Made by a program: the position numbers and the translations under genes. A model generated the notes under the pieces. The model made no database searches. It was not told the origin of the DNA and saw nothing but the letters and a program-made list of their open reading frames with translations. Shown here piece by piece: positions 11,235 through 24,362 of a stretch of DNA of 64,000 nucleotides (its first letter is position 1; each line of letters opens with the position of its first letter). The stretch lies in NCBI GenBank assembly GCA_964016885.1, contig OZ024741.1, positions 36,456,001 through 36,520,000 on the forward strand, written 5' to 3'. This DNA is from Eledone cirrhosa (Eukaryota).

Positions 11235-14200
11235 CTAGCAGAATGGCCTGGCATTGCTCGGGATTCTAAACATAGATTGGCATGTTTATCTCTCCTTTCT
11301 GAAACAGTACAGAGAAGTACGGAATACCTTGGCCTTGGGATGGTGTCTACATTTTGTGCTTATAAAAAAAATTTGTCGTAGATTACCAGGCGTTTAACTT
11401 AATTGGGTGCCTGAGAGTAAAATGTTCAACCCACGAAAGCCAAGACGATAGGGTTAAGTAAAAAGGCATTCGACAAACCGAACATGTATTTGTTGTGCTA
11501 TGGTTAGAGATTGTAGTACTGATATTATTTACGAAGTTTCTAAAAACAGTAGGAGGGTGGCATGAGCCTAATGAAAGCAATAGTTACAGAGCAGTAAGCA
11601 TGTGGGACTGCAGTGGTGGAGAGTGGTGTTGTCTCATTCCTTTCAATGTTTCGTCGTTTGTTCACCAATTGATGCAGAAGTCCTAATGAAAAGTGAAGTC
11701 ACCTTCGGTGAATAGGCAAATAATTTTCCATTACGATTTTTCAAAAGCATGTAATTGCATTCCCTCTCTTTTTTCTTGTTGTTTTTGCTGCTGTTTATCT
11801 TTTGTTTTTGTGTATGCAAAAATATTTGTACACTAATATATAATTATATATATAAATGGGAAAAAGATAGTCTGCTCCAAATCGATCCAATAGAAGGACC
11901 AGCGGTGCAAGTTAAAGGTAGTATAATAAGTAAGGCAATCAAAGATATGAAGACAGGCAAGGCAGCTGGGCCTTCGGAGATAGTTGCTGAGATGTTGAAG
12001 GCATCTGGTATGGTGGGACACACTATGGTCACCCGTATAGTTAACCAAGTAATACAGAATGGGGTCATACTGAAAGACTGGCGTAGCAGCATCATCATTA
12101 ACTGCTACAAGGGTAAAGGGGATTCTCTAGATAGGGGAAACTATAGAGGCATCAAATTAATTGACCAGGTCATGAAGGTCACAGAAAGAGTTATAGCGCA
12201 ACTAATCAGAGAGCGAATTGATCTAGATGAAATGCAGTTTGGGTTTGTGTCAGGTAAAAGTACCACAGACGCTCTTTTCCTTGTACGACAACTACAAGAG
12301 AAGTACCTAGCTAAAAGTAAACCCCTCTACTTGGCTTTTGTAGACCTGGAGAAAGCTTTTGACAGAGTCCCCTGCTCCATTATCTGGTGGGCTCTCAGAA
12401 AACTAGGTGTAGATGAATGGCTTGTGAGAGCTATACAAGCTTTGTATAATGAAACAGTCAGTAAGGTTAGAATTAACAATGAATATTGTGAAGAATTTAG
12501 TGTAAAAGTTGGCGTTCATCAAGGCTCTGTCCTTAGCCCCTCTTATTTATTATTGCCCTTCAGGCTATAACAGAGGAGTTCAAAACTGGCTGCCCATGTG
12601 AACTCCTATACGCAGATGATCTAATTCTCATAGCTGAATCAATGGCCGAACTAGAGAAGAAATTCCAAACTTGGAAGCATGGCCTAGAATCAAAAGGCCT
12701 TAAAGTTAACTTGTCTAAGACTAAAGTTCTAGTTTGTAGAAAGGAAAATAGGTCACAGGTGCCCTCAGGGAAATGGCCATGCTCAGTGTGTAGGAAAGGA
12801 GTAGGCAGAAATTCCATTTTATGTCCCAAATGCAAAGTATGGGTACATAAAAGATGTAGTGGGATCACAGGTAAACTATCTAAGAACGTAGACTTTATAT
12901 GTGGCCAATGCTCAGGTGCAATAAGTAGCAAGTGTCCAAAGGATACTAGCTCCTTCTATTGCCTAGATGGTTCTATAGAAATAGTAGACACTTTCCGTTA
13001 CCTGGGTGATGAAATCAGCAGTGGTGCAGGGTGTTCTGAAAGTACAGTAGCCAGAGTCAGAACGGGATGGAAAAAGTTCAGAGAGCTTATACCGCTGTTG
13101 GCCACAAAAGATTTCTCTCTAAAAATGAAAGGCAGATTGTATGATGCCTGTATACGAACAGCAATGCTATATGGCAGTGAGTCATGGGCATTACGTGCAG
13201 AAGACCTGCGTAGACTGGAAAGGAACGAAGCATGCATGCTCCGTTGGATGTGTAATAGTAATATGCGTGAACGGCAAAGCATAAATGAACTAAGTGAGAA
13301 ATTAGGAATAAGAGGGATCAGATGCTGTTTACTCGAGAGAAGACTACGTTGTATGGTCACGTGATGCACATGAAAGACGACAGCTGTATAAAAAAGTGCA
13401 GGGCGATCAAAATTGATGGTAGTTACGGAATAGGTAGACCCAGAAAAACCTGAGATGATCTGATAAATTCCGACCTCACACACTTACATCTCTCTAAGAC
13501 AATGTCTCTGGACCGAGATCTTTGGAACTACACAGTAATACAGAAGACCCGCCTTGCCTATGTACAAAGTGAGACCTACAGTCAGTAGGCACCTCTTGAC
13601 CAAATATACACCCCAATCCACTACCCCTACCCTATCCTCCCACTCCCACCAACAGCACGAAAAAATGAGATCGAGATCGTGTAGGTGTCACGACAAAAAA
13701 CACAGTCCACACTGTAATGTGGCCGTGTAGGTAACACGGTAAAAAGTTCCCCAGTTCCACACTGTAAATGTGGTTGGTATTAGGAAGGGCATCCAGCTGT
13801 TGAAAACCTGCCAGATAGTCCTATATGAGCGAGACACGGTCACCCGACCAGCCTTGCCTCAAGCGGGACAACTCCCGTCTAACCCATGCTAGCGTGGAAA
13901 ATGGACGTTAAACAATGATGATGATGATGATGATGATGATATATTAAAATATCAGATTAAAGTTTAAGCAAAGAATCACTGGTTTCACCCTTAACGGGAT
14001 CTTCTGAAACTAAAAAAAATCAATCTGTGAACGCAGAAGTAAATATTTCGAAAAACGTTACACACTATATATACATATACATATACACACACACAGATAG
14101 CAATATAATGTCGTAATGCAGAGAGCCAGACATACAGACAGATATTATAAGGGAGCGACGTTCGGCGCCTAATGTGGTCCCTAGGGCATTGAAAATTTGA

Positions 14201-14342
14201 AATGTGTTTTGCTCAAAACACTCACACAACCATAAGTATTACATGTGTAAAGTTTGAAAAAAATCGGTTGGGTGGTTCTCGAGATTTAGGGAGTCAGACA
14301 GACAAACAGACAGATAGACATTCTCTGTTTTAGATATATAGA
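11235..14342 (-). mobile_element. Non-autonomous Helitron-type element, apparently interrupted by the RTE LINE
   Basis: Minus strand 5' A|TCTATATATCTAAA followed by (TCTG)n-like microsatellite; 3' CCCGAGCAATGCCAGG hairpin 8 nt before CTAG|T; joining the two ends is inferred. Confidence 0.6.
11856..13940 (+). mobile_element. RTE-clade LINE, RT domain to 3' tail, 5'-truncated and frameshifted
   Basis: GKAAGPSEI, YKGKGD..NYRGIKL, QFGF, AFVDLEKAFDRVP, GVHQGSVLSP, LLYADDL; PHD-like Cys cluster CSVC..CPKC..HKRC..CGQC; (GAT)n tail. Confidence 0.93.
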
Positions 14343-14430
14343 TAATTCAAATGTAAAAGATATATGTATATCTTATATATATATATAGAGAGAGAGAGAG
14401 AAAGGACTATATATCATGGTCCTTTCTTTC

Positions 14431-14590
<160 letters not shown>

Positions 14591-14868
14591 CCCACGCCCT
14601 CCCACTGCAAAGTGGTCGTGGAGGTGCCACAGCAAAAAAGCACCCAGCCCACACTGTAAAGTGGACGTGTAGGCGCCACGGAAAAAAAGCACCCACCACT
14701 CACTGTAAAAGAGGTTGGTGTTAGGAAGTGCATCCAGCTGTAGAAATCAAGCCAGAATCAGTTCCCGTATCAGCAAGACAAGATCAGCCTACCGGACACT
14801 ACCCACAACAGGACAACCCGTCTAATCCATGCGAGCGTGGAAGAACGGACGTAAAATGGTGATGATGA

Positions 14869-14922
<54 letters not shown>

Positions 14923-15551
14923 TTTACATTTGAATTATTATGGCTCTGGATAAAGTTTATGGAGCTTGTTTATTGAGAAGTACAAAAATCTAACATATTT
15001 GATAGATTTTGATTCCTCACATTTGTATATATATAATATTGAAACAAAATCATCACAAAGACCGGTGTATCTCCAACTGTTCTGTCACATACTCAATGAT
15101 TTAATTAAGCCAGCATCATTAAAATACCAACCAAAAAGGAAAGTAGAATGTACACTTATACATTAAATAGTGAGAGAAACGATTTTGTGGGGGAATTTAA
15201 TTCTCTGTCTCCGCACTAGTTTCTGCTGGCAGCAGTCCATTTTGGACTGACATGTACAGAAATTAGGTAATGCTAATAAACAGTACCTAATCAGCTAAGA
15301 GTAACTTCATCGGCGTTAATCTCCTCAGAACAGGTCAAACGTTAATCTCCTCAGAACAGGTCAAACGTTAATCTCCTCGGAACAGGTCAAACACTAACCC
15401 ACAGTATTCGGTGGTTGAGCAGAATCAGTAGAGCGTCAGACACCATGCTTTGCAACATAGATTTCTGGCCCTTTACGTTCTGTGCTCAAATCCAGTAATG
15501 CACTGGGGTAATTGCTGGCCTTGTGCCAAAAGTACAAACATTATATATATA

Positions 15552-16095
15552 TATGAAGGACAACAACTGTATAAAAAAAGTGGGTAGACCAAGAAAAACC
15601 TGGGACAAGGTGATAAAAACTGACCTCTCTAAGACAATGTCACTGGATCGAGATCTTTGGCACCATGCAGCAGTTATACAGAAGACCCGCCTTCCCTTGC
15701 ATACATACCTACAGTCAGTAGGCACCTCTTAACCCAATATACACCCCACCCTACACACCCTACCCCATCCTCCTATTTCTGTCCACTGTGTCAATGACAC
15801 AACAAAAAGCACCGTCCACACTGTAAGGTGGATGTGTAGGAGACACGGTAAAAAGGCTCCCAGTCCACACTGTAAGGTGGATGTGTAGGAGACACAGTAA
15901 AAAGGCTCCCAGTCCACACTGTAAAGGTGGTTGATGTTAGGAAGGGTATCCAGCCGTAGAAAACCTGCCAGAGACACTTCTGTACAAGCGAGACATGGTC
16001 TCCCAACCATTCCCGCATCAAATGGAACAAAACCGTCTAACCCATGCTAGCGTGGAAGATGGACATTAAACGATGGTGATGATGATGATGATGAT
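15552..16095 (+). mobile_element. RTE LINE 3' tail fragment (similar tails at ~2595-2838, 14586-14872, 54590-54791, 63550-63907)
   Basis: [12 protein letters not shown], 48-bp subrepeats, AGGAAGGG(C/T)ATCCAGC, (GAT)n. Confidence 0.85.
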
Positions 16096-16201
16096 ATATA
16101 TATTTATATGTATGTAAAAGGTAAACAGAAATAACAACACAATCGGTACAGTATATGGAAGGAATATATTAGTTTAATGCTTGAAATAGCAGAAAGAGGG
16201 G

Positions 16202-16237
16202 TCTTAACGTTTCGGACGCTAGTCCTTCATCAGAAGG
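16202..16237 (-). ncRNA. Minimal hammerhead motif in a Penelope-like 3' end fragment (degenerate relatives at ~1349-1384 + and ~19851-19887 +)
   Basis: Reverse strand: CTT-CTGATGA-A-GGAC tagc GTCC-GAAAC-GTT-AAG; relatives share the downstream flank ...CTGCTATTTCAAGC. Confidence 0.6.
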
Positions 16238-16576
16238 AAGAATGAGAAATTAGAAAGATTGAAGGAATGGGCAGGGTGGAAGTGGAAAAAATGTTTTTAG
16301 AGTGAAGGTACTGGGAGTGAAAAATAGACGGGTGAGAAGAAGAGGGGGAAGTAAGAAGATTATAGTAGAGGAAAAGTGATAGAGCCGTGGTATATTTAAA
16401 TAATGCAAGAAGCAAAGAAAATATCAGTGATACGAAAAGATTATCATGGTAAAAACCAGGAGGTTATATCCGTAGTTGGTAGAGCACTCAATCTCAAGGA
16501 CGAGTTCAGTGTAGCGTTATTTCCACAACAAATTAAGCGCGTCCTCGAGTATGGTTTGCTAATTTGCTGTGGAACC

Positions 16577-16677
<101 letters not shown>

Positions 16678-17488
16678 CGTGTGTGCGTGCGTGCGCGCGT
16701 GCGTGCGTGTGTGTGAGTATGTGTGTAATTATCAAGGCCAATTACTACAACGGTGCCGAACCAGGTACGTACACTTCGTTAGTACAAAGTACCAACTTGT
16801 TCAACTTGAGCCGATGAAAATGAACCAGAAAATATTTACTCAGAAAAGAAATAAATAAAAATAAGAAAATAGAGAAGAGCCTTAAATGAAGGCAGATAAT
16901 CATCGAAATGGTCAAGGGGAGACAGTTTGACCAAAAGATGCGAACAAAAGCTAACTAGCCAATAGATATGAGGGTGGTAGAAAGTAATCAACACGATTTT
17001 AGGAGATGAAGTTGTACGAAGTCAGTTTTTATCACCTCCTCCCATGCCTTCTTAGCTCTTCCTACTTCATAGCTTCCATAAACTTTGAGTGCCTTGCACC
17101 TTTTTACGCAGCTGTCATCCTTCATACACATCACCTGTCCATACCAATGCAATCTTCTCTCCTGCACACTGCATCTGACACCTCTTATGCTCAGTTTCTC
17201 TCTCAGTTCATTTACACTTTGCCGTTCATGTATATTACTATTGCACATCCATCGGAGCATGTATATATATGTATATATACATACATACATATATATATAT
17301 TATATAATCCTTGCTAACAGGAAAAAGATATTAAATGATGACTATAATCGGCTATATTATATATGAATTGAGTTTGAATTTTTTTCCCATATCTTACGTT
17401 AATTATTTTCCATTTTGACGTTATAGTCACTTATATATTATACTGTTGGCTTCTTGCTCACAATAATTTCTATATTTTCATATATATA

Positions 17489-18180
17489 TATTGCGAAAGT
17501 ACTGGGTTGTATGAATGTAACAAAACGAGGCATGGGTTGTGTGTATAATATTTAATTAACAATGGTAGATAGTATAGTTGAATTGTCAAAGAAATAGATG
17601 ATAGAATGAAACAAAGTTAGTCGTTACCATTTTGATTGCCAGGCAAACGCGGCTGGCAGAGGACGCCTGGCTAAGGCCAGCCAGGCGCCGGAAGGCCAAA
17701 TGAGAGAGTGAGAACTTAAAGTTGTTAGTTTTATAGGGTTCTGACCGGAAGTTGCAGAAAGGGTTCTACTTCCCGTCTAGATGTTAATCCAAACAAGGGA
17801 GACAACCGCTACATAACCTCCCGCCAGAATTTTAGGATATAAAAATCGAAATGAAAATATGTAGTAAGCTGGCGAGAATGTTGTAACAGGCATGAAAATT
17901 ACGACAAAAGAATGTTTGCAAAAATCAATGATAGATATCAAGGTAGTAAAGTAAGAGAAGGGCTCAAAGTTCAAATGTACAAAATATAGTTCACAGGTGT
18001 GCAATCACATGACAGCAGGAAAGAAAGTGTGTTCCAGAGAATGAATGCAGGTGGTCTCTGTTCTGTGGTATATCGTGAAATTTCCAACCTCCGAATGGAT
18101 TTTCTCACAGGAAGAGTGCTGCAAAAATAAATTCTCTGGCTTTGGTTGTTGGTGAAGCTGTGTTGATGTATTGCTGTTGC

Positions 18181-18216
<36 letters not shown>

Positions 18217-19647
18217 ATTGCTGTTGCTGTTGCTGCTGTATTGCTGTTGCTGTTGCTGCTGCTGTTGCTGTTATATTGCTGTTGCTGTTGCTGCTGTATT
18301 GCTGTTGCTGTTGCAGCTGCTGTTGCTGCTGTATTGCTGTTGCTGTTATATTTCTGTTGCTGTTGCTGCTGCTGTTGTCTCGCTGAGTGAGCGCATTCGG
18401 TGTTTAAATTCACAGTAAAAAAAAAATCTTTTTTTTTTTTTTAGAAAAAATGAGTTGCGCAAAGTGCTAGAAATAGAAGCCGAAGTTGATGGTCGATGTT
18501 GAGAATGCGTTGACCTGGAAGGGTCAAGAGGCCAGCGACCAAAGAAATAAGCATTCTGAATAAATGCGCAGTTTTCAACGGCAAATTTACGTAGTAAATT
18601 TTTAAACCGGCAAATAGGAGAATATAGCTTAAGGCTGAAGAATCCTTGGCGAGAAACGTTATCTCTGGCGTGCGGCTATCTCTGTGAGTCGAGACATCTC
18701 TGTGAGTCGAGAATTTGTGCTGCCTACACGTGCCAATACAAGGTTGAAAAAATAATATTTCTAACGCGCGAGAAAATGATAGTGCAATTTTGAAAGTGAC
18801 AATGATGAAAAAGAAAGGCTTCACTCAGCATAATTATTGGTGTGAACTTTGGAAAAAAAACTTGAACGATGAAGAAAACGATGAACAAAAATGCAATGGT
18901 TCATCGAAAATAAATGTTCCTGTTGAAATGTTTTTTAAAGAATATCAAATTTCTTTTTTTTTTTTTGTTTTGAAAGAGTTCGTTGTAAGAAACGAGAAAC
19001 ATATATATATATCGTGAAATGTTTTTTATTATTTTTTTTGTTTTGAAAGTGTTCGTTGTAAGAAACGAGAATATATATCGTGAAATGCGACAGTTAGTTG
19101 ATGCGTGAGAGAAAAAGTCTGTCTGAACGCGAATTCCACATGTGCGTGTGTCCGTTTCTTTGAGTATTCTCATAGTTTATCGATAAATTTGCTGTGTATT
19201 CGTAATGTTACCCACACAACTCCAGAATCTGCTATCTTTTTCTTTTTTCGAGGTGACCACTTATAGCGATGAACGGCTGCGTGTTCGTATCACGTCAGGG
19301 TTACCAATATTGCGAAAGTACTGGGTTGTATGAATGTAACAAAACAGGCATGGGTTGTGTGTATAATATTTAATTAACAATGGTAGATAGTATAGTTGAA
19401 TTGTCAAAGAAATAGATGATAGAATGAAACAAAGTTAGTCGTTACCGTTTTGATTGCCAGGCAAACGCGGCTGGCAGAGGACGCCTGGCTAAGGCCAACC
19501 AGGCGCCGGAAGGCCAAATGAGAGGCAGAGCCAAATGAGAGAGTGAGAACTTAAAGTTGTTAGTTTTATAAGGTTCTGACCGGAAGTTGCAGAAAGGGTT
19601 CTACTTCCCGTCTAGATGTTAATCCAAACAAGGGAGACAACCGCTAC

Positions 19648-19648
<1 letters not shown>
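17489..19648 (-). mobile_element. Non-autonomous Gypsy-type LTR retrotransposon with both LTRs
   Basis: Near-identical LTRs 17489-17813 and 19308-19648 (TGTAGCG...CGCAATA); PBS TGGTAACCCTGACGTGAT (19289-19306, tRNA-Trp-like); PPT CTGGCGGGAGGTTA; internal CAG/CAA tract; inserted in (TA)n. Confidence 0.9.
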
Positions 19649-19681
<33 letters not shown>

Positions 19682-19943
19682 ATATATACGCGCTCCATCA
19701 TTCACTTTTTTAAAAAAATATATCATACACAAAACGCCAGCATCAACAGTTTTCCAAGAGATGGCAACATGAATGGACCTGTCATTTTTATCTAAAGACA
19801 TTTTTTCCAATTCCAACCCACCCGTCCCTTCAATCTAATTTCTTATTCTTTCTTCTGGGCGAAGGAATAGCGTCCGAAACGTTAAGACCTTCTTCCTGCT
19901 ATTTCAAGCGTAAATTTTAAAGAGTTACAGATGAAGATATATA

Positions 19944-20141
19944 CCGTGTATACTCAAATATAAGCCAAGGAATATGTGACCAAAAAAAATCGATGGTAGA
20001 AAATGGATGGGAGATCAGCTTATATTAAGAGTCAATATTTTGACAATTTTCACCTTCAAATTCTACGTAAATAAGGTTCGGTTTTTTGCCCAATACTCAG
20101 ACATAAAATAGTGGGGTCAACTTATATTCAAGTATAAACTG
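19944..20141. mobile_element. Tc1/pogo-like MITE
   Basis: TA|CCGTGTATACTCAAATATAAG ... CTTATATTCAAGTATAAACTG imperfect TIRs. Confidence 0.5.
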
Positions 20142-20971
20142 AGGCACTCCGTCGGTTACGACGACAAGTGTTCCAATTGATCTGATCATCAGAACAGCCT
20201 GCTCATGAAATTAACCTACAAGTGGCTGAGCATTCCACAGACGCGCATACCCCTTATCCCACAAAGCACTAAAGCCTGATGACGGGCCTTAAAGAGCATT
20301 CAACGCCCCCTACAACTACATTAATATCTTTTATTGATTATTATTACTAAGCTATAACGAAGACAGTGGTTTGGAAGTATCAGTAGAACGTCAAACAAAA
20401 TAATTACGACTCTCTGCATTCTGAGTTCAAATCCTGCCTTTCATCTTTCCAAATTCGATAAAATAAAGTACCGCTATAATACTGAGGTCGACGCCATCGA
20501 CATTCCATTTCCTCGAAATTGCTGGCCATCTACCAATGTTAGAAAAAAAAAGCTAGAACTAGAACTAAAAGAAATAAATAAGGGGGGAGATAATTTCCCT
20601 TTAAACTACAGAGTTATTTCCCTTCACCCACTAACGTTACTGACATAATATGGAGCGGGGAAAACCCTTTAAAAAAAGGAATCTAATTCCTAGAGATGTA
20701 AAGAAATCAAAGGTGGGATTATAAAGAAGAGTACGAGTCAGTTATATTCGGTAGTTGCGGGAGTTTCTACGTAGGAATATGTGTATGGTAACTATAAGAG
20801 TTAGGAACCTGACTACATTGAAAGATGAAATTTGGACACTGTCTATGTGTTCTTTTATAATAATTGTTTCTACTTTAGGCACAAGGCCAGCAATTACCCA
20901 GTGCATTACTGGTACTTTATTTTATCGACCCCGTAAGGATGAAAGGCAAAGTCAACCTCGGCGGGAGTTCT

Positions 20972-23393
20972 TTTATAATAATAATGAAAATATTGTGTAC
21001 AGTGCTCAGGTGCACTACAACTCATCAAAAATGTATGTATAGTACATAGGGTAATGTACAAACGTCAGGAAAATGAACAGTGCATGAGTCATGATATACA
21101 CGTGTGCATGTGTGTGGAAGGGGGACATCAGGTGTAGTTTTGGCGAATTTCGGGAAGCATGAGGGTTTTAAAGGATGTAGTGTCTCGGCAGCTAACAACT
21201 GACGCAGGCAGTTTGTTCCATGCTTCAGCAACTCTGAGCGTGAAAAAATGTTTCCGAAAGTCATGGGAGCTGTGCTGTTTTCTGACTTTGTAGGCATGTC
21301 CACGTGTGTTAGACACATGGAGATCAAAAACGTGCTCAGGGGTGTTGTTGGCGAGATGGTTAATAACTTTGTGAGTGTTTACCAAGTCCATTGCCAGACG
21401 TCGGAGCTTCAATGAATCCATGCCCAGGGAAGCAAGGCGTTCAGAGTATGGTAGGTGTCTGATGGAGGGTATGCGCTTGGTTGCACGTCTCTGAACAGTT
21501 TCCAGGGGGTCAATGTATGGCGTTCAGAGTATGGTAGGTGTCTGATGGAGGGTATGCGCTTGATTGTACGTCTCTGAACAGTTTCCAGGAGGTCAATGTT
21601 CTGAGCAAGATAGGGGTTCCAGACTGATGATGCGAATTCCTAGTGTGGTCGTACCATAGCTGTATACAGCTTTAAATAAATGGCTGGAGAGCGGCTAACA
21701 AAGGTCTTGCTGAGTGATGCCAAGACACCCTCGGCTTTCTTGACAGTCTTAGAGAGGTGCTTTGTCCAACGCAAATTGCTGCTCACAGTAGTGCCCAGGT
21801 CACGTTCACAAGAGGACTTCTGTGGAGGGAGTATGTGGATGCTGGATTTTTCCTCCCAAAATGCATGGTGGTACACTTGTCCACAGCCAGCTTCAGTTAC
21901 CAGTCTGTGATCCATTGCTGCATTGTGTCCAGGTCTGATTGTAGGAAAGAGTTGTAGATTTCAGGATCAGTCCTTTTGATTTCAAGGTACAGCTTGATGT
22001 CATCTGCATATTTCAGTACCGTGGCATTCTTTAAGTTGGCATCTATGTCATTAATATATGCCACAAACAAAAGGGGACCAAGAATAGATCCCTGTGGTAT
22101 ACCAGATGACATCTCATATGGTGAAGAATGCTGTCCTAGAACCGTGACTACCTCTTTTCGGCTGAGAATGAAGGATTTCAACCAGTTAAAAAGATCATCC
22201 CTCACACCCATTGCAGAGAGTTTCGCCATAAGTCTTTTTTGTGGCACAGAATTAAAAGCCTTAGCGAAGTCAAGGTAAACAACATCCACCCATGAGCCAC
22301 TGTCAGTGATTCGGGTAATGTCTTTGAGGAACTCGATAAGCTGATCACAGTAGCTGGAGTTAGGGATAAATCCAAATTGCGACAGCCGAATGAGGCTATG
22401 AGAGCTCCAGAAGTTCCAAAGTGTTTCTCTGACACAGGATTCCATCAGTTTGGCCATACAGCTAGTAAGACTGACTGGACGATAGTTGACAGGTGATGTG
22501 TGGTCGCCCTTTTTGAAGCAGGTATGTAACGTCGCAGCATTGCAGGTGTAAATTCCATAGTTGTTATGGAATTTGATGTTAAAGATGGTAGAGATGGTAC
22601 ATTCTGGTTTTCAACAGTAAAAATGCTTGCATAACACTCAGCAATGAGTTTTGCACATTCTTTGGGATCGTCGGTGATCTGGCTTGTGTGGGGATTGCGA
22701 AGAGGACCAACTGGAGAGTGAGGTCTCTGCTTTGAATGTACATATTTCCAGAACACCTTACTGTCAGGATTGGTTGCTATGCACTGTTCAAATTCAAGCA
22801 CTGCCTTTTTTGTCACTTGCTTGAGATGGTTGGAAGATTTATTCTGCTTTTTTCTGTTGGCATCTGATTTATGCAGTTTATATTCCCGTTCAGCGTTCCG
22901 ACGTTCTTTCCTGGCAACTTGGACCGCTGAAGTTTCCCAAATTGCACTTTTGGGGTGGGTTTTTTTCTGCTTACGTGGCACCGATGCTGCACACGCTATC
23001 CATATTGAGTCCAGGATGCTCTGGAGTATAGTGTTCACATCTCCAGAGTTATAGAACCCATGCCAGTTTGGGCGCTGTAGCTCAGTGCAGTACAAGTTCC
23101 AATCAGCTTTCTTCCAATCAAAGCAAGCAGATTGGAGATGGTTCTGGTTTTTGTTGCTGCCCGCAAGAGCCAGATTGGCAATGATCATAGCATGATCAGA
23201 GTTGCCTATAGGTTCCTCAGTAGTACAACTGATAACCACTTCAGGAGTAGTGGTGAAGATCAGGTCCAAAGTTTTGTCACCTCTTGTTAGAGAGGTGACT
23301 ACTTGTGACCAGTTTGAGTCCAGCACTAGCTCAAGGAAATCGTTTGCACTTTGTGGCCAACGAAAGGTTTCCCAATCGATCTCAGGATGATTT
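20972..23393 (-). mobile_element. CR1-clade LINE, 5'-truncated and frameshifted
   Basis: TRGDKTLDLIFT..IGNSDH (end of endonuclease), VYLDFAKAF, SGIPQGSILGPLLF, KYADDIKLY, TRGHAYKV..FFTLRVAEAWNKLP; (ATT)n tail; ~80-bp internal tandem duplication near 21435-21598. Confidence 0.92.
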
Positions 23394-23457
23394 AAAATTA
23401 ATTTTGAAAATAATTCTGAAAAAATTGGAAAAATTTAATAAAATTCCTTAATAATAA

Positions 23458-24362
23458 TCTATAAAGCTCAGTGTGTAGTCATGCTCCTTTGTTATAGAAA
23501 TCTACGATATAGAATTTCTTCAATTGAAATTTATAATTCAGTATTCGAAATAGTTTCGATTGCGTCTTGACGCAGATCATTTTTTCAATTTCACCCACAA
23601 TTACGCAAAAAATAGATAAAACTCAATATTTTACGATTTTTCTCTCTCATTTAAACTGCTGAACTCTTTCTACTACCATTCAAAATCTATACAACTTCAT
23701 ACTTTCTGCTACTTTCTCTTTCCAAGCTTGATGGTGATACTGTCCGTTCACACCACTCCCTACTATCTTAAATTTAGAAAACACATATCCTCTATGAGGT
23801 TACTAAACCTGCGAGAAACAGCAGCTAACTCTCCCCCATAAGCACACCGCTCCCCACACCACTCCCTACTGTCTTAAATTTAGAAAACACATATCCTCTA
23901 TGAGGTTACTAAACCTGCTAGAAACAGCAGCTAACTCTCCTCATATCACACCACTCCCTACTGTCTTAAATTTAGAAAACACATATCCTCGATGAGGTCA
24001 CTAAACCTGCTAGAAACAACAGCTAACTCTCCCTCATATCACAACCCTCCCTACTGTCTTAAATTTAGAAAACACACAGACAACCATGCAGAACAACTCC
24101 ATTGCAGCTCTGTTGTTCGGCTGGCATCGTCTACGCGCGTGTTGCGCAAGTACTGTGAAACAATAAATTTCCACACTTTTTTGCACAGAGATAATATCCA
24201 TAGGCGAAACTACAATTGTCACTGCTGGCGCAGCTCCTGCTTCCAGGTCTGCAATTCATTCACCCAGTGCCTGGCAGACAAAAAAGTGCTGCCATAAAAT
24301 GGGTGGTACAACCTAACTTTGGTAACTTAATGACCCCGAGCAACGCCGGGCTTTAATGCTAA
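23458..24362 (+). mobile_element. Non-autonomous Helitron-type element with an internal ~95-bp tandem repeat
   Basis: 5' A|TCTATAAAG; 3' hairpin CCCGAGCAACGCCGGG then ...GCTA; same terminal family as 11235-11262; 3-4 tandem units at 23748-24076. Confidence 0.6.

Noticed and set aside
18105-18418. PolyQ/polyC/polyL ORFs (also 45083-45673)
   Set aside because: Triplet tract inside a non-autonomous LTR element, not a host gene
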